Source of the DNA: Mesotaenium endlicherianum
Taxonomy: Eukaryota
Reading direction: 5' to 3'
Assembly: GCA_009602735.1 (NCBI GenBank)
Contig: WELA01000395.1
Span: 405,237-437,485 of the forward strand
DNA: 32,249 bases
The position numbers were made by a program, and so were the translations under genes. The notes below the pieces were generated by a model, which made no database searches, was not told the DNA's origin, and saw nothing but the letters and a program-made list of their open reading frames with translations. This document shows positions 21,915 through 32,249 of this stretch, piece after piece; position 1 is the stretch's first letter, and each line of letters starts with the position of its first letter.

Positions 21915-24098
21915 ATGAATGTACAGCAAGATTTACGGTCACACCATTCGTCTTACCACCTGTGCGCAGAGCCTGAAGCCAACCACATGGAGTCGCTTGG
22001 AGCATACCCGCTGGAGGCAGACCTGCTGTCAGTTGCCGGGAAGGGCAAGCTGAGAGTTGAGCACTTGCCCGGAGGTTGCCAGGTCCATGCTTCTCCGCTT
22101 GCTGCAGACGGTGCTGTCCACCTGCCCACAACACTTGGCGCATCTCCAGCTGGCTCAATTGGATGTTCGCGCTTGAGCGCAGTCGGTGGGATTGGAGCTG
22201 GCACGAAGGCTACGGGTTTGGAGTCACGTGTTGAAGCAGTGGTTCACGCTGGCAGTGGAGGTACACCTGGCAGCTCCTCACCTGCGGGGGGGGGCGATGT
22301 GGAGTCACATAAGGTGGACGTAGAAGAGGCTGCAAGCCAGGTGGAGGTGTTGACTTTAACGGGAGATGGCGACGAGAGCTGGGTGTGCGCCATCTGTCGC
22401 GAGCATATTCCGATCGTCGAGACAGCTCAGCTGAAGGGCTGTGAGCACGCATACTGGTGAGGCTCCTTCTGCAAGCTGGACCAGTAGGTGACTGAGGGGG
22501 CTGTGAGCACGGCCAATGCTCGTGTTCCTTCTCGATTGTTGGCTGCGTTGTGCACTTTTTGGGGTTTGTAAGTCTTCGAGCTGTTTGGCCCGTTGTTTCG
22601 TTCGGTCATTCGGTCGTTCGATCGTTGGTCGTATGTCAGTTGTCTTTCGTAGGAGAAGGTGCTACAGGTGCCTCACGTTGGTGGAGTCTGTGCACTCAGT
22701 GGGCGCCTCTTTGTTGAGGTGCCTCTGTGCCTTGAGTTCTGATCTCAGGGACCCTGTACGACTCTTGCGCGGGTAGAGGCCCGTTTCTCCTCGTCTATTT
22801 CGATCAACCTCCGTCATAGTTTCTGCAGGGTATCTTTGTAGCTACAGTGCCATGTCAGTCCATGCCTCGCCTCGTCAGCAGCTGCTCTATCGTGCTTGCC
22901 GAGCTTGCTGACGTGTCAGTTGCCTTTCTGACGTGGCAGCGTGACGTGTATCCTGAGCTGGGCAACACACCTCGACAGCCCCTGGTGCCCCCAGTGCCGC
23001 AGTCACTTCTCGACGCTGCACACCTATCGTTCGCTGGATGGCAGGTACGTGGATGCTACCTGTTATTACGCCGTGCGCTGCTTTGTGCCTCCCCAATAGG
23101 CCGGTGCTTGCTCAAAAGGCTGGACCACTTGTGCTGGGGTCTTGTTGACTGCGTGTTTGAGTACAGATCCCCGTCAGGTGTCAAATTGTGTGGACTCCCG
23201 AGCAAGCACGTGATTTAGGGGAGCTGGCAGCTTGTGCGCATACCACAGCATCAAACTGTCGAATGTGCAGTGTCTAGCCCATGTCGTTCATTCTGCTCCA
23301 TGTGTTGTCTGCCGGGTTTGCGATCCATAATGTCCACGTGTGTTTGTGTATGGGTTTCGTCTTTGACACGTTTGCCATCAGTTATGTCCATGCTGTTATG
23401 TGTGTTTGTGTTGCGTGTGTGTTCCTTTCACAACATTTTTGCCGTTGAATGCATGCATCCGAAGCCGAGCTTGACAGAGGACCGGCTACGTGGCGAATTT
23501 CAATGGGGGGCGCAGCCTGAGCGACAGCATGGTGGAGGAGAGCGTGTGCCTGCTCCTGCGTGCGCACTGGTTCAAGCCCCTGGCGCTCCACGAGGAGGAG
23601 CCCGCCGACCACCACGAGGACTTTTTCTACGAGGATTACGACGAGGACTACGACAACGACAGCGTGGACGACTACTATCCCACCACCGTCCGATTGGGCA
23701 ATCGGCGCTGGGGGCAGGGGGGGTTTGTGCGGGGGGGCCACAAGGAGGCGCGCCCAGTTGTCGCCGTGAGAGGGAAAAGCCCTGCAGTCGCGGCAGGAGC
23801 TGCTGCTTCATCCTCGTCGCCGTCGTCCTCCTCCTGGGGGAGGGCTGCTGGTGCCTGCGGCTCTGTGCCACCTGGCGAGGGAAAGAGCCCTGCGGCGGCA
23901 GGTGGAGGGCAGGCGAAGCGCAACAAGGCGGCTGTGGCTGATGGCGGCGGCAGCCGCGACGCGGCAGCTGCCGGCGAGCAGCTCGGCCGGCGGGCCAGGA
24001 GGGCACAAAAGCGGGAGGGTGTGGATGGGAAGAAGGAGACAGCTGGCGCCCCTTCCCGTGCAGGGCCCCATGCTTCCACTTGTGGCAGTCGCTGCTAG
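21915..24098 (+). CDS. C3HC4 RING-finger protein (putative E3 ligase), ~409 aa; join(21915-22456,22940-23044,23516-24098)
   Basis: Spliced product contains CAICREHIPIVETAQLKGCEHAY|CVTCILSWATHLDSPWCPQC (C3HC4). It continues RSLDG|SLSDSMVEESVCLLLRAHWFKPL, an acidic tract, GNRRWGQGGFVRGGHKEARP and GRRARRAQKRE. These motifs match a conserved plant RING family (At5g19430/At5g12310-like, recalled). Both introns are GT-AG, phase 2. The start codon is uncertain (21915 or 21987). Confidence 0.9.
22940..23044 (+). CDS. C3HC4 RING gene internal exon (second half of the RING; not shown in this frame in the ORF track)
   Basis: GTGGCAG|C GTG ACG TGT ATC CTG AGC TGG...GAT GGC AG|GTACGT. Confidence 0.9.
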
Positions 24099-25467
24099 AG
24101 CCTGTTACATAATATAGTGAGGCCCATACGGAGCGCCGTCCCACTTGGCGCATTTCCCTCCTCTTGCCCCGGGCTACTGTTTTCTCAGCACAGGCGTCGT
24201 TCTTGCTCAGTGTCCTCGAGAGTGTAATCTGTTTGTTCCCTGGAGGCCAGGATCGCGGGCTCACCACATAAACTCACCGCAGGGTAGAGGATTGCCTCGG
24301 TGTTCTTGGATTTCCCAGCCCAGTCTGCTAAAAGTCGTAGGTAGGTTCTTTTAGTCGCAGGGCCAGCTGTACTGCTAACTGTATCTCGTAGCATTCTGGC
24401 GAGTAGCTAACCTGTGAATTCTTGTGTTGGTGCGTGAAGGTGTACTTGCTTAGGTGAAACTAATTAATGTAAATATTGAAGTTCAACCTTTTTAGTCTCA
24501 TACTGCAATTGCCTGGATGGATCTAGATTTGTTCAACTATGTCGGGCATGTCACATATTCAACTTTAAGTAAGATCGGAGAGGGCTGTTCTCCAATTACA
24601 TCTCAAATGAGCGACTGAATAATGCATCGATGCAAACCATGTGACAAACAATACAGCAGATATTATAGAGCCGAATTGAAGGTTCTTTACATGTAGCCTC
24701 AGGCAACAGCGTCCTTAGCCGCAGAACGAATTCGTTGAACGCAAACGCGTGGATGTTGAGAAGTCTGAGAATCAAGATGAAACTGCATATGATAGCATTG
24801 ATGACATGAAGGCTGCTTGAGGCTCTCACAAATGGACTTTGATGCTGGTTAAGAAGCATGAGACACAGGGAGTATATTTAAGACACTTAAAAATAGAGGC
24901 AGAAGTGCCAAGAGCACGGTCGGAGGACCGGGAGCCTCAATAATGTGTCTCGAGGCATCCAAACTTTGACTGCACGAGCTAACTGTCGAGCCCAATGAGG
25001 GGGAAACAGTTGAACTTCGCAAATACTTGACAAGGGAGACAAGGGGAGACAGACGAGGTGGTCTCTAAGAGCAGACAAAAACACAGTTCGATTAACTTTT
25101 TGTAACAAAAAAATGGTATATTAGCACGTTACTGATGTGTTATTCACACACAAGGACACACAACTATGTCGCACTTGCTGTGAGTTTTCCAACGTAATAA
25201 TTCCTCTAAAATTCCCCAGTTTTCCTACACGCCTTAGTCTGACACAGCCACCCAGAAGGGCTGATACTGCATCAAGACAGCAGAACCTTTGATGCCATGA
25301 GAAAGCTTACACAGAAGGCAGGCGCAAAGCAACACAGAAATGGACACCTTCTTGTACCACACTTGGTCCTGCCTACTCTCTAAATGATCTCTAAGCCTCA
25401 GAATCCTAGTTTGCCAGCTAGTCAGGCCCTCTTCAGCACTCTCTCTCTCTTCCGCCCTCTTCAGCAC

Positions 25468-28400
25468 TTAAACACGGAGCCACAAACTAGCGGGGCGGGG
25501 CAACTTAGGGTTGGCAGCCTCGCTAGTGTACTCCTTCCGGCATCCGGGGCACCGCCCATCATCGGATGCAATCCGATGGTGGCAGAACAGGCACAGGCGG
25601 AACCCACAACTGCACGGCACAAAGGACGAATCTGTCATGTCAAGCTCCTCGGTGCAGATGGGACAGAACGAGGGGGGCGGGGGCGACGCTCCCCCCCAGG
25701 ATGCAAGCGAGTTCCCCCCACCAGCCTGCCAGGCGCTGCCAGAGAGTTTTGACACAGCCCTGCCGCCCCCAGGCGCATGGGCGTCCTCGCCCCCGCTGCC
25801 GCCTGAAACGGGAGGCGGCAGCGAATCAGGCCGCGCCACGTCATCGGGCCGCCAGGCCCTGCCATTGGTGGAGCGAGACCGAAAGCCTATCCCCGTCATG
25901 TTGTACTTGTACTCCGGCCGGAGAGTCCCCCCCTGGACAGATACGGTGCACCCGGTCGCATTTACGTACTGCAGCTCGTATGTGCGACCGTGTGATGGCC
26001 CTAGTCCCGGCAAGCTTTTGCTGCCCGGCACGAAGCCCTCCTTGCCCAAGAGAGTGATGACATCGCCATTATTGAGACGGACAGTCCCCGTCCAGTCCCC
26101 AGTTCCGTTGGCCTCTCCCACCTCCACAGCGCTAGCCCCGTCAAACTCCCCCGAGGTCAAGTACATGGCATCAGCAGCAGCCTCCCAATCATCCTCCTCT
26201 TCCTCATCCTCTCCTGCTGAATCCTCCCCTCTCCTGCCATTCTCTTCACTGCCACTACCCCCCGAGGAGCTGGAAGCACTGCTGCTGCTCGAGCTCACCT
26301 TTCCGTCCTGCCCGGAACCAGCCCTCCTGTCTTTCATTTGCTCGCCGTCATGCTCCACGCCATTCGCAGCCTGCTGCTGCACCTTCTCTACCTGCCCCTT
26401 TACCTCGCTCTTCTTCTGCCCCTTCGTTTTTTTGCTCTGGCCAGCCTTTTTGATAGACCCCTTTGGGTCCTCTATCGAGACAGCTCCATTGGAGAAATGC
26501 CACTCCCCAGACCGCCCGGAGCATTCGGGCACCTCCGCAAAGCGACCGTTCGCATTCGTGCCAGAAGCGACAGAGTGCCCGTTCATCCCCCCCGAACCTG
26601 CATTTCCCTCCTTGAGACACATGGCATCCTCCCCCTGCTTGGCATCACCAACAACAACAACCAGCTGCTCTTGTTGTTGCTGGTGGTGCTTGGGCAGCGG
26701 CAGGCCCCCCACTCCCGCCTTTTTCCCCTCCCGAACCCCCATCTTGGCAGCCAGCTCCTTCTTTTTGGCTGACCTCAACTGCAGCTCCAGCTCCGTCATC
26801 TCCCTCTCTATCCTTCCATGTGCGCTTCTTGACCTTGTCATCTCGAAGACAGACCCTTTCGTGGCCGTCACTACAGGAAAGACAGGAAGGGCAGGAGTGG
26901 CAGGAACAACGGGTCCAGCAACCTCAGGAGGAGGAGGAGAAGGAGGAGGAGGAGGAGGAGGAGCATGCGACACCATCCCATTCTTTGCCTTCCCAACAGA
27001 ACCGTTGCCAGCAGTTGCTGATCCCCCACTCCCTTTCACACCCTCATTCACTACTAGCGTCTCTTTCGCTTCCGCGTCATCGACTACTGGCCGCCCTCCA
27101 CCTCCCTTCCCCTTGACCCCCCGCTTCTCCCTCTTCCCTTCCTTTTTATGCCTATCACCTTGTTTACTACTCTTCACTTGGTCGCCCACAGGCCCTATTG
27201 AGGTCGTCGACTCTTCCTCTCCTCCATTCACGAGCTCCACAACCCCTACCACCTTCGCGCGCTCCTGCTCCGGCGCCTGGCCCCCAAGCGTTCCCCCACT
27301 GCTGATTGCAGCATGAGTTGACGAGCCTTCCACAATCCCACTTCCCAACCCACTGATGCTCTCCCCCTCCACATGTCCACAGAACGAGCACCTCTTACCG
27401 CCACCTGCCTTAGGCTGATCAATCGACACCTCACCCCCTCGAAGAGAGCTGGACCCGCTTGACTGACTATCACTAGTGTGCTCCTCGCCGACCACATGCG
27501 AAGGGAAATACCGTCCCTCCACGCTCTCACCCTTCTTGCCTCCGCTTGTCCCCACCCCTGCACCCCCATTGCCGCAGGCACCGCTGCCGTTACCACCATC
27601 AGCACGTGCAGCGCCTCCCTCGCCTTGCTCAGTGCTCACGCTGTGGACAATGGCAGCATCCTGCAATCGGAGGATTTTGTCCTGGTACCCGTTACTCTCA
27701 AGCACAGCATCAGCTACGGCACAAGCTCCAGCTCCCGTTCCTCCTTTCTCAGGGAGGCGCCCCTTCTTCTTCTTATTAGCCAAGCCCGCCCTCTTGGCAC
27801 TACTGGCATGCTCCCCTTCTTTTCCCCAACCCTCTCTGCCCCCTACCTCTACGCCTCCCCCCCCTTTCACGTCAACCTCCGCACTCTCGGTCTGCTTTTC
27901 CTCCCCCTCATCTCCTGTCGTCTTTTCACACCTCAAATTCTTCCCCTTCTTAAGCTTGGAACGACCCTTCTTTGACTTCTCGGTGCTCTCCTTTTCCTGC
28001 TTGCCCGCAGCATTCACGCCAAGGACAAATTCCACAGGCAGCGCAGCTGCTGCCGTCTCAGAAACCTGCCCTACCTTCTGCTGCGATGACCACTCCTTGA
28101 CCAGACCTTGTCCACTTGAGCTTCCGTTTGCACTCTCACTAAAATTTCTTGCCTTCTCCTCTGTCCCGGAACCTAGAGCCTCAGCACTCAATTGCCTGCC
28201 CTCATTCCTCTCTTCCCCTGCAAATACTGCCTTTGAAAACTTTGCAGCCACAGCTTTAGCTTCAGTATCAGGCACAGCCTTTGCAATAGCGGAGGCCTCC
28301 CATGAGTCGTCCACGGCAGAGGCTTCCGAATCTTTTTCTTCCTCCTCGTCTGCCCCCTCTGGGGCAGCAGACACAGCAACAACTGCACCAGCTGGGGCAG

Positions 28401-30441
28401 TAGAGGAGGTAACAGCACTTTCCTTCTCGTCCAACCTGACGACTACTGTAGCTGCCTTCGCAACCTTTGCGCTGCTTATACTTAACTTCTTGCTCAACTT
28501 GACGTGCCCGTTTGCACCCAGCCCAGGCTTGCCCTCCTTTCCTCGCTTCACTTCCTCCTCCTCCTCCTCCTTCTCCTCCTGCTGCTGCTGCTGAGGTGGA
28601 CCAGCATTCAAGGCCTTTCCACCACTCACTGCACATCAAGCATTTTGCCATACATACTCTCAATCTGCCTCTCAACTAGTACATCAAACAAGTGATGCTT
28701 TGTTATTAATTCGTTGCATAAGTCACAAAAAAGGAAGGCGCACTTAAACGAACAATGAGCTGCAGCACAGCCATATGCCGGTTACCTCCGTTCTTCCAGT
28801 ATCTATCGGTTTCTCAATATTTCCGACGAAACAATTGCATGCCTTAGTAAGGCTTTTCTGTATAAACAAAACACATCTGCAAACATCTACTCCAGATAAC
28901 AAAGCTTTCTTCTTATAAAGCATCCACCAGCTCAAGGCTATGCAATGTCACGCGCAAGAAAACACATCTCTTCTTCATATGGGAGGGGTGCAAAAACATC
29001 TGGTGGCCAGATTTTGGGATCTTTGAGAGCAGCTTGATGGGCTCGTGAAAGCCAGCCAACAAGCACATATTCAGGGCTTTGTTGATGAACACTCGATCAT
29101 TCTTAAAGTGCACCTCAAGTCCATGCATGCATTTCATATGAGGAGCTATATGACAAACCTGATCAAACAGACTAACAGAACAACAGCTTTGGACTCATTG
29201 ATAACTTATTTTTGACCTTCATCAGAGTGAGTTGACCTTCACCATAATCAACATACCCCACTGGAACTTTGACCAGATCCAACTAACAGCAGGGTAAATG
29301 AGCACAGGGGCTAGGGTGATGCATCTGAGAGCTAGGTTTTGACTGATTTGACTAGGTATATAAACTTTTTTCTTCAAGCTACACAAAAGATAGCTCGTAC
29401 CATATTTGCAGCACTAGGGTATATGCAGAATACACCATAAGATCTGCCGAAATCTCATGAGTGTAACTGACCTTGAGCAAGCCACTGTCCACGGCGTACA
29501 TCTAGCTTTGTCTGCTTCAACTTGGCAGTCTTACTTGCCTGCACAAAGACAACTAAGCACATATCACATAGTCTTCCAACGAACAGCAGGGTAGTCAAAC
29601 ATGCATCACACATCTCCAGAGATGTATCACACACTGCAGCTCCAAGATGCACGCAGCACTTCTGTGCGCCACACATGTTGCACATGAAATATTCCTTGCA
29701 GTCTGGAACACCAGTGAGTTCATTTGCAGCAAACTCATTAGTGCACATAGTCTTAGCTGATCAGCACTCATCAACTCAAGCTACCAACGAACCTGACCTT
29801 CACCCCGACACCGCTGGCTGCTTGCAGGCACAACCCCTCCCAACCCTCGAAGTGTCTTCGCAGAGGAAAAACCAAGCAAGAATTCTAAAGATCAACTTTT
29901 CCATCCCAGGTTCAGTTAAACAGCACGAGATTTAAACCCTTGACACGACCCTACAAAGTAGCTGGCATCTTTGCATGCTACTACCTCGTCCTGAATGCAT
30001 CCATCCCGAGGCACACTATTCCAAAGGCCTGACTCTGAGCATAAATCCAACACAGGTGGCATCATGAGCACCAGAAACATATAACTAGTACACAGTCGTA
30101 GTAGGGTCGCATGTATTTCTCAAAGGCTCCATCTATATCTTTATTTACTGAAATAGCCTTCGTTTGACAGACAATACTAGAATGTGGTTACCACGGCCCC
30201 TTACCCTTTTCTTCTTGGCAACTTCCTTAGCTAATCCACCCGCAGAATCTGCGGTCAGTGACTTCAAATCCTCTGCCTTCCCGCCACTTCTCTCGACGCT
30301 ACTGCTTCTGCTATAGCTTCCCTGAGAATGATTGGAGCGGTCAGCTGTAGCTTCCACCAGCCCAGCTAAATCCAAGCCATCGTGTCTCAGATCATTCTCG
30401 GGATTTTTATCTAATATCTGCGTTTCCATGCCGTGTATCAT
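25468..30441 (-). CDS. Plant NOT4-type C4C4 RING protein with the RING at the C-terminus, ~1154 aa; join(30441-30205,29538-29472,28628-25468)
   Basis: Exon 1 ends AKKKR|GTAAGG. Exon 2 is ASKTAKLKQTKLDVRRGQWLAQ (family N-terminal motif). Exon 3 acceptor TGCAG|TG joins in phase 1. It carries DDWEAAADA, RAWRPDDVARPDSLP and CPICTEELDMTDSSFVPCSCGFRLCLFCHHRIASDDGRCPGCRKEY. Resembles At5g62910/At3g48070/At1g74870-type proteins (recalled). No RRM was seen, so this is not a canonical NOT4. Confidence 0.9.
29472..29538 (-). CDS. C4C4 RING gene exon 2
   Basis: TTTGTGCAG|GCA AGT AAG...CAA G|GTCAGT; conserved KLKQxKLDxRRxQWL motif. Confidence 0.9.
30205..30441 (-). CDS. C4C4 RING gene exon 1
   Basis: ATG at 30441 (alternative 30429), ends KKKR before donor GTAAGG, phase 0 matching exon 2. 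Confidence 0.75.
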
Positions 30442-31014
30442 AACACGTCCATACCTTCACCACGTCCACAACTGATATAGCGAAAAAACAATGATCGTCA
30501 AGCACCACGAACCCTATTCTTGTTACAGACTGAAGCTAATATGTCCTAAAGCAATCTGACATAGAACTTCAGTTGTGAAGCTTCCCTTCTTCCACCTTCA
30601 ACAGCTGAAATCTGTGCCTGAGGTGACAAAGAATTAAGCGGTTGCAGCAGTATTCGGCAGTCGAATGAGTGCGATTAGCCCCTCCTATCTGAAACAATGC
30701 TGCAGGCTGGCTGGCGCTGGGCAGTGGTGCCCCATTGCTTCGTGGTCACTGTCGGGAACGCGTTCGAACTGGTTTTCGGAAACCTTCCTGCTTCGTGAGA
30801 AGGGGGCGGGGATGGACTTTGGTGGACTCAAGTGACGACGCAGCAGCAGTAGCGGCAACATCTTAGAGGCATGTATGTAGTATGTACTATATGGATCAGA
30901 TATGGATGTATAGATGGGCATGTCTATTAGCTCGTCACTTGTGGTCACTTGTGGTCACAAAATTGGAAGTGTTGCCGCGCAAATTTGTGCGACGTCTTAA
31001 CGTTTACAAAGGGA

Positions 31015-31040
31015 CCCGACGTGGCCCCGACGTGGCCCCG
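31015..31040. promoter_or_regulatory. Tandem ABRE/G-box-like motifs upstream of the C4C4 RING gene
   Basis: 11-bp direct repeat CCCGACGTGGC twice, giving ACGTGGC at 31019-31025 and 31030-31036, ~580 bp upstream of the ATG. Confidence 0.35.
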
Positions 31041-31593
31041 CCAAGTTCAGCTTATTCGGCGACCAGCTTACGGTAACGATGCGTCCCACGACACCGTAGT
31101 TGGACCTACCTGTAGCATTCTACAGCCATCAGTGCTGAGCAATGGCCGTCCTCGAAGCCGACCTAAGACCGTCGAGGACCACATGGCGCCAGTCGGGCTG
31201 CCGTCGTCAAAAGCTGCTGTGTCGCGAATGCTACGAGGCGCCTGTGAGGTGCTTGGGAGCACTTGGGAGGGCCGTGTGAGACATGCCCGGTGAAAAGCTC
31301 CCACCGGAGTTTGGGAGCGCATTGTGACACTTTCACAATGCGCCACGCATACAAACTTTTTCGTTCTTTTCAACCTATTTTAGGGCCGGTTTAGGGCTGG
31401 TTTACAGTGGGCGCTAATCAGCGCCACTGTCCATTTCAAATGTACTTGCGTGTACCCGAGAGTACAGTGATGCTTTCAATGTTGTTCATAGACGTCCCAA
31501 ACGTGGTTTACAGTGGTTTTCGGGCTTGTTTCATAATTGAAAAGAGGGTTTTGTAAAATTGAACTACAAGCCAAAACTCGGCATTACAGCGCG

Positions 31594-31627
31594 AAACTCA
31601 AATGACCTATCGAGGTCATTTGAGTTT
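31594..31627. repeat. Perfect 15-bp inverted repeat with a 4-nt spacer
   Basis: AAACTCAAATGACCT-ATCG-AGGTCATTTGAGTTT. Confidence 0.9.
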
Positions 31628-32249
31628 TCTGCAATTGAACATACACTCGCTATCATCTCTTTCGTCTGGTAAAAGCCACTATCGTACGTGAACGTACATG
31701 TCAAAAGGTCTTGTCAAATCCCTCCTATGGTACTAATCTTGTACCTTTTCCTTTTTTTGAATTCTTGTGTGCCAAAAGCAACGCACACCAAAAAATCCTA
31801 AATTTTCATTTCATGCCAAACTCCACCAAACATGCAAAGCAGAAACCGCGATTACATAGCAGCGAAGGCAGAGAAGGTTATCTCACTTTGCAATAATCGC
31901 TCAACGAAAGCTAGAAATTCTTAACCTCAAAAGAAGCAATGAATGGAAAACGCGAAGAGTAGCTAGTATATAGTGAAGTGGTTTCGATGTGCGGGAACAA
32001 AAGAAGAGCTCAAATTTGATACCAAATTGTGCAGAAATTTGGAGTTAAATTTGAAGTGAATTTGAGAGTGAATGTTTCGTCCAAGGAAAAAGGTCATTCA
32101 AATCCTGACATGCTAGGTTGGGGCGTTTAACTCGCGTTTGAATAGTCAAAAGGCGTGGGTATTGTAAACCAAAAGTGTAGTGATTTGAGTTATTATATAT
32201 TAGTTCGCATATATTTTAATGTTTTCAAATATATTTGGAGTAGTATTGT

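Noticed and set aside
25511..28594. Long plus-strand ORFs (601 aa at 25511-27316 and 372 aa at 27476-28594)
   Set aside because: Antisense shadows of the GC-rich low-complexity exon on the minus strand; no recognisable domains.
28629..28629. GTG start assigned by the ORF track to the 1053-aa ORF
   Set aside because: The G is the last base of the intron acceptor (TGCAG|TG); the real N-terminus comes from upstream exons carrying the conserved KLKQ..QWL motif.
25468..30441. Calling this gene NOT4/CNOT4
   Set aside because: It shares the C4C4 RING type, but the RING is C-terminal and no RRM was seen, matching a separate plant family.

Overview
Eukaryotic, intron-containing DNA that looks like a green plant (streptophyte), inferred from the gene families and the tRNA-Met-primed Ty3/gypsy elements. 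The left ~13 kb is a nested transposon graveyard. It holds a minus-strand Ty3/gypsy 5' end (LTR 867-1610, PBS, gag) next to a GC-rich ~79-bp tandem array, and a decayed Ty3/gypsy pol whose integrase ends in a PHD finger and is interrupted by a 573-bp hAT-like TIR element. It also holds a second decayed pol split by a 1.26-kb solo LTR, a truncated inverted copy of the TIR element, and a tRNA-like fragment. The right ~18 kb holds three spliced zinc-finger genes whose exons I could join in frame. (1) A minus-strand GIS2/CNBP-like protein with 10 CCHC knuckles and an N-terminus resembling the ALY/REF UAP56-binding motif; its long first intron has a candidate NMD-inducing alternative acceptor. (2) A plus-strand C3HC4 RING protein. 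(3) A minus-strand plant NOT4-type C4C4 RING protein expanded to ~1150 aa. Exon models come from splice consensus, frame continuity and recalled family motifs, not from RNA data or database searches.
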